Assembly (NCBI GenBank): GCA_038087875.1
Contig: JAXLNO010000073.1
Coordinates: 124,001 to 188,000 of the forward strand
Length of the DNA stretch: 64,000 nt
Source: Malacoraja senta
Lineage: Eukaryota
Direction: 5' to 3'
The position numbers and the translations under genes are program-made. The number at the start of each line of letters is the position of its first letter. Position 1 is the stretch's first letter. This document shows positions 35,027 through 48,612 of this stretch, piece after piece. A model generated the notes under the pieces. The model searched no databases. It was not told the DNA's origin and saw nothing but the letters and a program-made list of their open reading frames with translations.

Positions 35027-37400
35027 CAAGTCCAAGTTCAAGAGAGTTTATTGTCATGTGTCCCTGATAGGACAATTAAATTCTTGCTTTGCTTCAGCAC
35101 ACCAGAGCATAGTAGGCATGAATACAGAACAGATCAGTGTGTCCATATACCATTATATAAATATATACACACATGAATAAATAAACTGATAAAGTGCAAA
35201 TAAACAGATAATCTATTAATGTTCAGAGTTTTGTCCAAGCCGAGTTTAATAGCCTGATGGCTGTGGGGAAGCAGCTATTCCTGAACCTGGTCGTTGCAGT
35301 CTTCAGGCTCCTGTACCTTCTGCCGGAAGGTAGCGGGGGAGATGGGTGTGTGGCCATGATGGTGTGCGTCCTTGAGGATGCTGCCAGCCTTGTTGAGGCA
35401 GCGACTGTGATAGATCCCCTCGATGGAAGGTAGGTCAGAGCCGATGATGGACTGGGCAGTGTTTACTACTTTTTGTAGTCTTTTCCGCTCCAGGGCGCTC
35501 AAGTTGCCGAACCAAGCCACGATGCAACCGGTCAGCATGCTCTCTATTGTGCACATGTAGAAGTTAGAGAGAGTCCTCCGTGACTTTCTGACTCTCCGTA
35601 ATCTTCTCAGGAAGTAGAGGCGCTGATGTGCTTTTTTTTAATAATGGCATCAGTGTTCTCGGACCAGGAAAGATCTTCAGAGATGTGCACGCCCAGCAAT
35701 TTGAAGCACTTGACCCTTTACACCATCGACCCGTTGATATAAACAGGAATGTGGGTCCCCATCCTACCCCTTCCAAAGTCCACAATCAGTTCCTTGGTTT
35801 TGCTGGTGTTGAGGGCCAGGTTATTGTGCTGGCACCATTTGGTCAGTCGGTCGATCTCACCTCTATACTCTGACTCATCTCCATCAGTGATACGTCCCAC
35901 AACAGTGGTGTCGTCAGCGAAATTGATGATGGAGTTCGCACTATGACCGGCCACGCAGTCATGAGTATAGAGTACAGGGGGCTGAGCACGCAGCCTCGAG
36001 GTGCTCCTGTGCTGATTGTTATCGAGGCTGACACATTTCCACCAAAATGAACAGTCTGTGGTCTGTGAATGAGGAAGTCAAGGATCCAATTGCAGAGGGA
36101 AGCGCAGAGACCCAGTTCTGCGAGTTTGGTCACCAGCTTGGAGGGGATGATTGTATTAAATGCCGAGCTGTAATCAATGAATAACAGCCTGACATATGAG
36201 TTGTTGTTGTCCAAGTGGTCCAGAGCGGAGTGGAGGGCCAGCGAGATCGCATCCACCGTTGATCTGTTGTGGCGGTAGGAGAACTGCAGTGGGTCCAGGT
36301 TTTTGTCGAGGTAGGAGCTGATTTGCGCCATGATCCAATCGCTCAAAGCACATCCTCACCAACGTTAGTACCACTGGTCGATAGTCATTGAGGCACGACA
36401 CCTTGCTGTTCTTGGGCACCTGTATAATTGATGCCCGTATAAAGCAGGTGGAAACCTCAGACCTCAGAAGTAGGAGGTTGAAAATGTCCGTAAAAACTCC
36501 AGACAGTTGGTCCGCACAGGTTTTTAGAACACGACCGGGTCCAGACGCTTTCAGGTCCAGGTCCAGACGCTTTCCGAGGGTTCACCGCTCTGAAGGATCT
36601 TCTAACGTCGGCCTCTGTGACTGTGACTGAAATACCATCACAGCAATTGGGGGCTCGAGAAGGCACATCAGTGTTCTCCCTATCAAAGCGTGCGTAAAAC
36701 GCATTGAGCTCGTCAGAGAGTGATGCTTCGTCGACAATCGAGCTACCTCCAGATTTCGCCTTGTAGGAGATGATTGCATTCAAGCCCCGCCACAGCTGCC
36801 GAACATCCGTCTCCAGTTTGGAGCAGGTCCCTTTTGGCCTTTTTGATGGCCTTACCAAGGTCGTATCTGGACTTCTTGTAGACCACTGTAACATCCGACA
36901 TGAATGCCCGGAGCCTGGTCTTCAGAAGAGGGCCGATATCCAAGTTAATCCAAGGCCTCTGATTGGGAAACACTTGGAAGGTTTTTGTTGGGATGCAGTC
37001 TGCAACACTTTTCTTTGTGAAGTCTGTAACGACTGTGGCGTGTTCGTTCATGTCCGTTGCCGATTCCCTGAACATTGCCCAGTCTACAGACTCCAAACAG
37101 TCCTGGAGATGTTCCTCTGCCCCCCCCCTCTACCCCGACCAGCTCTGTACAGTCCTCACCTCTGGGGTTGCGCTCTTCAATTGCTGCCTGTAGGCAGGAA
37201 GAAATAGCACCGCGGTATGGTCGGATTTACCGAAGTGAGTGCGAGGGATGAGCGATTGGCATCCTTGATGGTGGTATAGCAGTGGTCGATGGTGTTTGGT
37301 CCTCTGGTGCAGCTGTTGATGGAAGTTTGGGAGCGATTTCATGCGGTTTGCTTTATTAAAGTCCCCGGCTATGGTGGTAAATGCCTCGGGGTAAGACGTC
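35027..37400 (-). mobile_element. Rex1/Babar LINE (APE end plus RT), disrupted
   Basis: Encodes [45 protein letters not shown] and IESMLTGCIVAWFGN. A short repeat tail lies at ~35027-35045. Confidence 0.92.
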
Positions 37401-38221
37401 TGGTGTTTACTGTACCTGCTGTTTCTGCGAACCTGCGCTGGAACGGGCACAGACGGAAGCTCCAGTTCCGTTACGAACGAAGGTTCCCTCAAAGACGGCA
37501 GCTCCAGCTCCGTTGTTCCTGGAATATCCAGCTCGTCGGCTCTGGAGGTCATCCCGGAGTTTCCAGGTACAATACCTGCGTTCCTCTGTCGGCTCGGGTG
37601 TTTTTCAGCGAGCGTGGGAAATCGCAAGAGCGTTCAGGTGCCCAAGCAGCTTGTGTGATACGGCGTCGATTTTCGCTGTTTACCTGATCCAGGTGAGTTG
37701 ATGGGAGTTGTAGGTATTCCTTTTATGTTCTGGTGCTTTGCAAAAGTCGCCGCAGGCAGGCGCCATCTTAGAAGAGAGAATATTCTAGAATCCAAGACAG
37801 TTGGTGGTAATGCAGGAGAATAAAATTAATAAGTCAAATGGATCTGAATTCCAGCTGTTTCCGCCTGCAACGATTATTCACTACCCAAGCCAAATAAGGG
37901 CAGAAATTAGTTTAAACCAATTCTGTTTAAGGCCAACACGCGAGAGCACAAACTGGTGGCTCCGGTATGTGGCGCGTGTTTTCATTGTCATCTACTGGAT
38001 TATTCATAAACGGAAGATAAATTCAGGCGGTAATAAATTATGACTGTAGTAAGTTATGTTTCCATGCACGGGGACGGCGTTTCAATTGAATTAGGACTCT
38101 TTCCATTTGAAACCTAACAAATTCCATTGGTATTTCCCAAATGACGATCTGGAATGACAACTTATCCCTTCAGACAATCCATGGTGTCATCGATTCAAGG
38201 CAAAATTAAATATGTCACCTC

Positions 38222-39420
38222 TTATGGATAGAAAATTGGCTTCATGGAATGAAGCAGAGGGTAATGGTGGAAGGTTGCTTCTTGGACTGGACGCCTGTGA
38301 CTAGTGGTGTGCCTAATGGTTCGGTGCTGGGCCCGTTTCCGTTTGTCATCTATATCGATGATTTGGAAGATAAAATACATGGCAAGATTAGCAAGTTTGC
38401 TGATGATACAAAAGTGGGTAGTTTTGCAGATAGTGAAAATGGTTGTGAAATGTTGCAGCAAGATCTTCAGATTAGTTCAGTTTAGTTTAATGTCACCTGT
38501 ACCGAAGTACAGTGAAAAACTTGTGTTGCGTGCTAACCAGTCAGTAGAGGAACAATACATGATTATAATCGATCCATTTACAGTGTATAGATACATGATA
38601 AGGGAATAACTTTTCGTGCAAGGTAAAGCCAGCAAATTCCGATTGTCTTGATCGATTGGCCAGGTGGGCTGAGGAATGGTTGATGGTATTTAATACAGAG
38701 AAATTTGAAGTGTTGCATTGTGGGAAGTGAATGGTAGATCTCTGGGGAGGGTTGAAGAGTCGTGGGATCTAGGAGTGCAGGTGCGTGGTTCCTGAAGTTT
38801 CCTGCAGGTGCAGTCGCAGGTAGATAAGGTGGTCGAAAAGGTGTTTGGCACATTGGCCTTCATCAGTCAGATTATTAATTATAGAAGTTGGGAGGTCATG
38901 TTGCAGTTGTATAAGTCGTGGGTGAGGCAGCATTTAGAGTATTTGTTAAGTTTTGGCCATCATGTTATGGGAAATATGTTGCCAAGCTGGAAAGTGTATA
39001 GAGAAGATTGACAAGAATGTTGCCAGGACTAGAGGGTGTGCGCTATAGGGAGAGGTTGAGTAGGATGAGACTCTTCATTGGAGCGCAGGAGGATGAGGGG
39101 GTTTCTTATTGAGATGTATAAAATCATGAGGAATAGATAGTATAGTTGCACAAAGTATCTTTCCCAGAGTGGGTGAATGAAGGGAAAACGATTTAATATA
39201 AATCTAAAGGGTACCATCTTTCACACAAAAGGTAGCTGTATTGGATAACCTGCCATAGGAGGTAGTTGAGGCATGGACCATCCCGACGTTTAACAAGCAT
39301 TTAGAAAGGTACGTGGACAGGACAGATTTCGCACAGGTAGGACGTGTAGCGGGGACATGTTGGCCGTTGTGGGCAAGTTGGGCCGAAGGGCCTGTTTCTA
39401 CGCTTTATCACTGTGACTAT
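38222..39420 (+). mobile_element. CR1 LINE RT/3' fragment with a small insertion at ~38470-38645
   Basis: Encodes SGVPNGSVLGP, KFADDTK and VMLQLYK, followed by a CR1 3' UTR. Confidence 0.85.
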
Positions 39421-40934
39421 GAATGTTAGTCACTACTGGCTGGGACTTAATGGGATTATCTCGTGAGTCAGTCAGTTTTAAACATTATTTCAAAATATCG
39501 ACGGAGATCACGTTTAACTATAACAATATAGTCCGACCAAGTATATGGATCTCCGTAAACGAGTATCAATGTTGAATAAAGTCAAATCAGTGACTGGACA
39601 TTTTGCAGAACCGCTGATGATGGAATCGTGGGCGTCTCTGGGCTAAAAAATCACCACGAACGCGCTCTTGAATGCGCCGCTTATCATTAATGTGGGTAGT
39701 TTGTCATGTAAAAAAATAGGTGGCGAACGCAAAGATGCAACAAAAATGAGGGATCGTATCGCAACTTTCCATGTGGATATTGAGGTTTAGATTTAACTTT
39801 GATAGGGAAAGTTCAATCGGCTGGGTGTGGAGGGTGAGCGGTTTGCAGATTCACGATGAGGGAGAATACATATGCGGTGAATATTTGTTTTCTCCGATGT
39901 GCCCGAACAATTATAAAGCGTTGTGGAGCTTCACCTGGATAACCACGTGGTACTTACTTCACAATACTATGCAACACTGTGTTCAGGCTTGCTCGGGGAC
40001 TGTGATCAACATGGAACTAATGACACCCAACGGTCCCGCGGAGATAATCCCTTTCCTTCAAATAAGGGAACATTTCCAATGAGCCATTCCACAATCAAAT
40101 AAGGAATTAAACTAAATGTCATTGGAGGATAAACGGTGACAAGGAGATGGATGTAATATTAGATTGTTAGAGTCGTATATGCGATCCAAAATATATACTA
40201 CCCTACCCTGGCTATTCTCGGTGTGCCCGGTAAGTAAGAAGATTTGTCGTTTGTTCTTGAATATTTGAGAAAATGGCTGTATGTCTCTCGAAACTCCCTA
40301 TATCCATTTCCAGTTCTGTGATCGCGCCCTGCTGACGGATTATTAAGGCGCGTTTGGTATTACTGCCCTTTCACTGGGTGATTTCCTGACTTACATTATC
40401 ACAGCAAGTGCAGGAGAATTGCGGAGCGTGTATAGAACTGCAGTCCCCATGCGAATGATTAACCAATCATGTTTCTGTCGAAATTATCCCCGTCTCCTCT
40501 TTGCGTCAACCGAACATCTCTGCGGTTAGCGTGGAATTAAAATCTGCGTTCCAGATACAATTTAATTTTGCCGTTTAGTTAAATTGACTGATTTTCAAAA
40601 CTTTCATTGAAGAGACAGTTCCACCGCACCGTTGTAATGCGGTGTGCACTTCGGGCTTTGATCCCTCTCTATATGATCTATGTGTGACTTCACATGTGTG
40701 CGACCATTTGATACCACACCACTCTTTCCTCAATTGAAAATCTACACCAAGATTAAAGATACCAGTAATCACACCTTCCCCTCAGTTACCAAGTCAAAGA
40801 CAGGCATCATCTGGGTGAATTGCAAAATGGAAGTTAATCCATACTCACCAACTGCCGGGTAAGCGCCAATCTGAGTCACGCCAATAAAATCTCGGGTTCC
40901 TGCCTGATACAGAACACGCGTCTGTGGTGATCGA

Positions 40935-41090
40935 CGTGCTTTCACACAACATAAAAGGTCTGAAGAATCGTCTCGACCCGAAACGTCGCCTGTTCATTCT
41001 CTCCATAGATGCTGCCTCACCCGCTGAGTTTCTCCAGCATTTCTGTCTACCTCCTATTTTTCCTGAATCTGCAGTTCTTTCTTAAACATA
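40935..41090 (+). mobile_element. Penelope pLTR remnant with hammerhead-like motif (40960-40987)
   Basis: Reads aggt-CTGAAGA-atcgtctcgaccc-GAAA-cgTC-gcct, followed by gatgctgcctcacccgctgagtttctccagca. Confidence 0.7.
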
Positions 41091-42259
41091 AAAGGACCAT
41101 GTCGTTGCTACGGATGTTTCTTTTTTTTCTTTTCTTTTTTTTTCTTTTTTTATTAGAAGTGAGTACAGTAATATGGCACCAAGGTGCCTAATATATATTG
41201 ACGTTACGTGTTATGTACAGCTTCTTATTTTTTTTAAATAATGAAAGAGAGAAAGAGAGAATAGATAATAAAATATAGAAAAACGTGTGATATATGGTGT
41301 GTGAAAAGGAAAAACGGGGGAAAGAGGGCAAGTGAAGATAAGAAAAGCAGAGAGAAAGAGAAAGAGTAGAGAGTAGGAAATTAAGGAGATCGTTATTAAC
41401 ATGCTTCCAAAAAGTCGATAAATGGAGACCAACTCGTTAAGAATTGGTCTGATTTATCTATTAGGAGGAATCGCATTTCTTCAAGATGCGCGGTGTCCAA
41501 CATGTTTGAAATCCACATTTTAAGCGTTGGTATGGGTGTATTTTTCCAAAATTTAAGTATACGTTTTTTCCCGTTATTAACCCATAATTTTAAAATGAAT
41601 TTTGAAATGTGTTCAATTTGTTCCCGTCTTCCGTCGCTCCAAATATAATCATTTCAGTATTAGGCTCCATTTTTATCTTGAATAATTTTGTAAATATTTC
41701 AAAGATATCGCTCCAGAATTTATAAAGTTTTATGCAGGAAACAAAAGAGTGTGTTATAGTGGCATTTTGAGATAATTATCACAAATGGGGGAAGTATTTG
41801 GATAAAATGTATTCAGTCTAGTTTTTTAATAATATAATCTATGTAAAATGTGAAATTGAATTAAGTTATGTCTTACATTAATCGAACACTTGTGTATATA
41901 TATCAAATACTTTTCCCATGTTTCTTTCGTGATTTTTACAATAATTCTCGTTCCCAATCTTCTCTGCCTCTATCGATGGTAGTTCTATATTTAAAATACT
42001 ATTATATAAATATGATATTAATTTCTGTGAGTCAGCCTTGATATTCATTGCTTCTTCCAGTGGGTCTAACGTTATATTTTGATGTCTTTGTATGTATTTC
42101 TTCATGAAGTCGCTGATCAGAAGATATTTAAAATATTGGTTATTTTTCAGCTTACATTTTAATTGTAATTGTTGGAATGATAACAGATTTCCCATTTCAT
42201 ACCTATCACCGATCCATTTTATTCCCATTCTTTCCCATTGCTAATATGTTTTATCAATA

Positions 42260-43435
42260 AAAGATGCCATGCGTGTAAGCCTTGCTGGCTTTGAATCCTC
42301 CTCCACTCCCTTGGTATATGGGGTTCCACAGGGCTCAATTTTAGGGCCCCTGCTCTTCTCCTTATACCTACTTCCTCTGGGCTCAATTTTAAGAAGGCAT
42401 GGCATTTCCTTTCACTTTTATGCAGATGATAGCCAGTTATATATGCCACTCAGGAAAGAAGATGATTATTCTCTAAAATCACTTCTGTCTTGTCTTGAGG
42501 ACATTAAGTCCTGGATGGCCTTAAACTTTCTGGGACTTAATGAAGAGAAGACAGAGGTGATTTTGTTTGGACCCAATGGCTGCCGTGAACCTCCCTTTGT
42601 TGATTTGGGTCCACTGGCATTGTCTGTAAAGCCAACCGTCTTGAACCTGGGTTTTAGGATGGACGGTGATTTTAAACTAGACAAACAAATAGGCGCGGTG
42701 GTTAAGTCCAGCTTCTTTCACCTAAGGAAGCTGGCAAAGGTGAAGCCCATTCTCGAGCGGGAGCATTTTGAAACAGTAATCCATGCCTTTATTACATCTA
42801 GGCTGGATTACTGTAACGCACTCTACTCTGGAGTCGCACGAGCTTCATTGGCTCGCCTCCAGCTTGTTCAAAATGCTGCCGCTCGCCTTTTGACTGGAAC
42901 TCGAAAGAGGGAGCACATTACGCCAATTTTGGCCTCCCTACACTGGCTCCCAGTGCACTTTCGAGTTCATTTCAAAATTCTTTTATTTGTTTTTAAATCC
43001 TTGAATGGGCTCGCCCCGCCTTACCTCTCTGAGCTGCTCCACCTATATGCTCCCGCCCGGTGCCTCAGGTCAGCTGATCAGCTGCTCCTTGAGGTACCAA
43101 GGTCTAAGCGGAAGCTCAGAGGGGATAGAGCTTTTTCTGTTGCTGCTCCGGCACTCTGGAACACCTTGCCGCTGCACATCAGACAGGCCCCCTCACTGTC
43201 CATCTTCAAATCCTCCCTAAAAACATATTTTTATTCTTTGGCTTTCGACACTGGCTGAGGCATTGCCCCTGTTTTATAGTGCTTTTAATGTCTTTTAATT
43301 TTTGTGTGTTTTTTATAGTCCTTCGTTTTACGGTTTTTAATGGTTTTTAATTGTTTGTAATAGCTTTTTGTTCGTGATTTCTCATGTACAGCACTTTGTG
43401 GCAACTGTGGTTGTTTAAAGTGCTTTATAAATAAA

Positions 43436-43465
<30 letters not shown>
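42260..43465 (+). mobile_element. 5'-truncated L2 LINE with open 329-aa RT C-terminal frame (42269-43258)
   Basis: Encodes YGVPQGSILGPLLF, FYADDSQLY and LQLVQNAAARLL, with a (TTA)n tail. It is the same family as 29609-31031. Confidence 0.95.
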
Positions 43466-43467
<2 letters not shown>

Positions 43468-43637
43468 ATGAAGGATTATTCACTATTCGCGTTAACAATT
43501 ATAGGTTTCTTAATTTTAAAGATAATGTTATTTGTTTCCAAATTCTTATTGTATTATGTATAATTGGGTTATTCTTATATATTGTATTGTTCGGTTTTAT
43601 CGGGGAGAAGAGGATCGCTCCTATATTACAAGGAGAA

Positions 43638-45310
43638 GAATAGAATAGAATAGAATATAAACTTTATTTGCCACACGACCAGGGTTGGTGGTAATTGGGT
43701 TCGGTACATGATGGTACTGCTTTAGCACATTAACACTAACAACAATAATAATAAAGCACATCACAAATCACAAATCTCACCAACAATACATAGTGCAAAA
43801 GAACAGACAAAAACCATAGACAAGACACTGTATACATCAAAGTCAAAAAGTTATTGGAGGGAATTAAGTGTTCTTATCGCTGAGGGGAAGAAACTGTTTT
43901 TAAAAAGGGTGGATTTTGTAGCAAGTGCCCTAAGGCGCCTCCCTGAAGGGAGAGACTGGAAAAGGTGGTTTGCTGGATGGGAGGGGTCCGTGATGATCTT
44001 TGTTGCTCGTTTTGAGGTACGTTGCAGGTAAATGGAATGGATTGAGGGGAGGGGAGAGTTGATGATCCTAGAGGCCTTGGAGACAATGCGCTGTATTCTG
44101 TGTAGTGAGTGTCTGTCAGTGTTTCCGTACCAGACTGTGATTGAGGAGGTGATGATGCTTTCAATGATGGATTGATAGAAGCGTACCAGGAGGTGTTTGT
44201 GGACTCTGAACTTCTTGAGCTGTCTGAGGAAGTATAGGCGTTGTTGTCCTTTCTTAATGATGTGGTCAGCATTGATGTGCCATTTTAGATTATTGCAGAT
44301 ATAGGTGCCCAGAAACTTAAATAAGTTCGTGGAGGTTATGGGATGTGAGTTGACATGGACCGCGGGTTTGAGGTTTTGTTTGCGTCTGAAATCTATGATG
44401 GTTTCTAAGGTTTTTGAGGTGTTAAGCTGGAGGTTGTTTTCTGCGCACCATTTGACTGCGCTGCCCACTGTTTGATGGTATTGTGATTCATTGTTGTCTG
44501 AGATGAGGCCAATTATTGTCGTGTCATCTGCATAATTGAAAATTTTAACTGAGCTGCATTGGGATGTGAGGTTGTTGGTGTAAAGTGAGAAGAGCTGAGG
44601 TGACAGAACGCACCCTTGAGGGGCTCCTGTATTGATAGTCAGTGGGCTGGAGAGTTTTTCACCCACCTTGACTCTTTGTTGTCTGTTTGTAAGAAAATGT
44701 AAAATCCAATGGCACATGGCTAGGTGAATGCCCATGTCCAACAGTTTATTGTAGAGTTTAATTGGGTGTATAGTATTAAAGGCCGAGCTAAAATCTCTAA
44801 ACAGGATGCGTGCATAAGTGTTCGGTGATTCCAAATGATGTAGGGAGTAGTGAAGAGCTAGGTTGATAGCATCCTCCACAGACCGGTTGGCGCTGTATGC
44901 AAATTGAAAAGGGTCCATGATGGGGACAGTGTATGTTTTCAGATGGGTGAGGACTATGTGCTCAAAGGCCTTCATGACAACTGATGTTAGTGCAACAGGT
45001 CTAAAATCGTTCAGACAGCTCACCTTGGAGGACTTGGGCACAGGGATGGTAATGGATGCCTTAAAGCACTGCGAGACTCTACATTGGCTGAGGGAAGTGT
45101 TAAAGATGGAGGTGAACACAGGAGCCAGCTGAGCTGCACAGTGGTTAAGAGCAGCGGGGCTGAGGTCGTCTGGCCCTGCCGCTTTTCTTTTATTAAGATT
45201 TTTGAAGGCCGCCCTCACCACCTCCTCAGAGATGGTGAATGGTGCTGAGTTAGGTGGGGGGGAGGCATGGATGGCGGGGTGACATTATCAAAGCGTGCAT
45301 AAAAAGTGTT
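43638..45310 (-). mobile_element. 5'-truncated Rex1/Babar LINE with open 456-aa RT frame (43851-45221)
   Basis: Encodes KAAGPD, CLNDFRPVALT, DFSSAFNTI, GAPQGCVLSP and YADD, with a (TTCTA)n tail at 43638-43656. Confidence 0.95.
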
Positions 45311-45646
45311 CAATTTTTCCGGTAAGTCCGGATCCTCATCTGAGATGGGGATCTTTCTCCATTCTTATCCATTCTGTCTGTTGGGTAGGACTGTCCTACC
45401 AATAAATTATATTCTTAATATGCACTGCCCAATAATAATACAAAAAGTTCGGATGTTTATATTGAACGTATTATTAACCCTTATTCGTTGAGACCCATAA
45501 CACTGAACTTTGTTTTCAGAATCACACAGATGTAATGGTGGAATTGCTGCTGAACGGTATCGAAGTAGTGTGTGTTTGTTCACAAGGCTTAACTCATGTG
45601 AACCACATAGTGCGCTGGAAATATGTTCATTCTTTTTGCATCCCAG

Positions 45647-46534
45647 TGAACCTGGTGACAATTGTGATACTGTGTCGAGGAAAGTGTGGTATCTCCAGCT
45701 GTGTTACCAGCTACCTGGTGGCCATGGCAGCGGCGGATCTACCGGTCATTATCTTTGACCTGATATTGAGACAGATTCCGATTTCTCATCAAATGAATTT
45801 TGTGAAGTTCATCCCCCTGTGCAATATCCACGCCGTCCTGCTTTACGCGGTGACCGACTGTTCTGTGTGGTTCACCGTCTCCTTCACATTTGACCGATTT
45901 GTTGCCATCTGTTCCCAAAAGCTGAATCACAGATATTGCACCGAGAAAACAGCGGCTGTGGTTCTGGGCACGGTGAGTGCACTGGGCAGTGTAAAGAATG
46001 TTTACTGGTATTTTATGTACACATCTTGGTACACATTGTCGAATACTCCCTGGTTTTGTTACATGAATGTCCGTGTTAAGTTTTCAATTACCTGGACAAC
46101 CTTTGAGCTTCTTCATTATATTCTCACCCCCTGTATCCCGTTGGTATTGATTCTGCTGCTCAATACTTTAACCGTCAGACATATTTTGGTGGTCAGCAGA
46201 GCCCGCAGGAGACTCCGAGATCAGAAAAGTACGAAGAGCTCCAGTTATCCCGAAATGGAGAATCGAAGGAAATCGGTGATATTGTTGTTCATTATTTCCG
46301 GGAATTTCATTTTGTTATGGGCGGTATTTACATTATATTTAATATGGAGACGAATATGGAATTTGAGATATTCAGATTTTTTCCTTCCTTCCTTTGTATC
46401 GGAAATAGGATTTATGCTGCAGCTGCTCAGTTGTTGCACAAACACGTGCAGTAACACAGACGAAGTTTCGAGAGCTGTATTTGACTGTGTTAATCTATCG
46501 GTTTATTCCGCTGATAAGAGCAATTAAACACTGA
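45647..46534 (+). pseudogene. GPCR exon 2 (TM1 end to C-terminus)
   Basis: Overlaps ORF 45535-46527. The family-like tail VTQTKFRE..LIRAIKH* lies in a shifted frame after TNTC. Confidence 0.88.
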
Positions 46535-46889
46535 AGAATGATAAAGGCTGAGACATTGATAGTGTTTTACTCAATAGTTAGAATCGTAGATGTATTGAGA
46601 GATGCTGCACGCTCACAGCCTCTGCGCTCATCGAGACCGCGTCGAGCATCAACCTGCTACCTACATTAATCTGACATCGATTGCATTCTCCGTATATTCT
46701 ATTACCCCCATAATCCCACCACCCTCGCGATTCAAAATTCAGCAGGATACTCTGGGGAGGGGGGTGTGCGCTCCACCTCATCATAGAAATATGGGAGGTG
46801 CCGGAAAACAACCGGGCTAAACCTACGTGGTCAGCGTGAGAAAGTGCAAATTCCGCAGTCAACGGGCAAGATCAGGCAGAGGAGAGGAC

Positions 46890-47790
46890 CAAGTGCAGGA
46901 GTAACGCAGCGGGTTAGGCAGCATCTCCGGAGAAAATGTATAGGTGACGTTTCGTGTCAATAACCTTCTGATGTCTGATTGTGGGTGGGCTGCAATGAAA
47001 GCAAGCAAAGACTAGGACAAACCAGGGCCAGTAACAGATTACCTCAATCAGGGTGTTTCCTTGAAAGGCCAAGACTAGTGACTGTGTAATCCCAAGAGGG
47101 ACACATCGTTGTGCTGCAAACTGGTTGACCGACTTTTAATGGAGGAGGGGGGATGTTTTACCGCTGGGTTGAAGTAAAACAAAATATGAGGTGCTGCTGC
47201 CTCACCTGCGCGTGGCCTCACTCTGAAATGTATGGTGTGGTAATGGGAAGGGGAGTGAAAATGGTTAGCCAATGGAAGATTCAGTAAGCCTTGACATATC
47301 AAAATTATGAGCCCTCCAACAAAGTGGTTCCTAATTGGATGATTAAATATAATCTTACCGGCCATGGTCATAGTCGGTCCAATATTGTTGTCAGGTGATC
47401 GTAAGTTATAGAACGAAAAGAACAAATCGGAGAAAAAGAAAGTGTGGCGACTTTGCTGGACAAGAGAGTTTGAGTGGTAAGATTTTATGTGGAGATGTGA
47501 TGACATACATTCACTGACAGAGAGTCATAGAGCATGGAGTCATTTGCGTTTTACAAATGTTCAGATTATTGAGTGAACATTATATTGTTAATTGAGGAGG
47601 CTCAAGACAGAAATGAATGGTGTGGTAATGGGAAGGAGAGTTAAAATGGTTAACCACTGGAAGATCCAGTAGGCCTTGACAGATCGAACGTATGTGTTCA
47701 GCATAACGGTCGTGTGTCTAAACTTGGTCTCGGCGACTTATAGGAGCCCACATGTGGAACACTGGATGCAGTGGATGAGGTTAGTAAAGG
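46890..47790 (-). mobile_element. Degraded Penelope-like remnants
   Basis: Two copies of the NHF(H/N)SPSHYHT motif (~47240 and ~47630), the peptide LIHCIQCSTCGLL, and a degenerate pLTR near 46900-46970. Confidence 0.6.
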
Positions 47791-48509
47791 CGCATGTGAA
47801 CATGTTGTCAATTCGAACTAATGGTCGTCTGTTGATGAGGTGGTACAGAATCCAGTTGCATAGGGGTAGGCACAAAGATAGTTCCCTGAGCTTGTTCACA
47901 TGAGTAGGTTCGGATGGGATGCCGATGTTGAACTCGGAGCAGCAATCGATGAACATGAAGGAGAGAAGAAAGGTGGGGGAAATAGTCATACGTGTGAACG
48001 TACTGTAACTAAAAAGTCAATTCGGAAAATATATAAACAATTTTAGGAAATGTTTAGATTACTAGGTCTATTTGGCTGGAGTAAACCGAAACATAGGGCT
48101 GATCATGAGAAAAGTGGTGTCGCTTTATGACACGCATTTGCCAGATATTCGGGTGAATCAGGAAACAGAATGTTAGAGGTAACCCCGACAGATCTAAAAC
48201 AAGAATAAAAGACTACAAGGAAACTTTGATCACTGATGACATATTTCAAGAACATGAAATCTTCATATAACCATTGTGTCGTGAGCTATCAAAAAATCTG
48301 TAGAAAAAAATGTCAGTAAAGTCAACGTTTTGAATCCATTCAAAGTGTTTCCCAAAATGTACTGTTCAGTCCTTGAATAAACGGATATGTGTCGGAATCG
48401 CACCGCGTCTTGACGAAGATTTGTTTGGTGATCTCCCGATCTGAACAATGATTACAAGGGCGACAGGGCACAACGTAAAGCTAGATTCGACGACAGATCA
48501 GTCACACAA

Positions 48510-48612
48510 TTGTGGGTAGGATAGTGTTAATGTGCAAGGATCGCTGATCGGTGCGGACTCGGAGGGCCGAACGGCCTGTTTCCGCGCTGCATCTCTAAAC
48601 CATAAACTAAAA
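48510..48612 (+). mobile_element. 3' fragment of HE1/V-SINE-type SINE
   Basis: Matches the 3' part of the SINE at 17221-17540 (ggatagtg..atcgctg..gggccga..ggcctgtttcc..ctaaac). Confidence 0.7.

Larger units (their letters stand above)
41116..45455 (-). mobile_element. L1-clade 3' fragment in the GPCR intron, hosting L2 and Rex1 insertions
   Basis: Poly(A) appears as a T-run at ~41120-41150. ORF2 C-terminal peptides are LLSFQQLQ..QYFKYL (41878-42228) and PNFLYYYWAV (~45430). Confidence 0.8.
40147..46534 (+). pseudogene. Two-exon GPR139/GPR142-like GPCR, probably a pseudogene (copy 2)
   Basis: Exon 1 ends at 40229 (..IQNIYYPTLAILGVP-g|gtaagt). Exon 2 starts at 45647 (cag|tgaac) and reads VNLVTIVILCRGKCG..YLVAMAAADL..FTFDRFVAIC..PEMENRRKS..LLSCCTNTC. 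In-frame stops lie just upstream in exon 1 and there is a frameshift in TM7. Confidence 0.88.

Noticed and set aside
45535..46527. Intact single-exon 330-aa GPCR
   Set aside because: The first ~37 codons precede the splice acceptor at 45645-45646, and the C-terminus after TNTC is out of frame.
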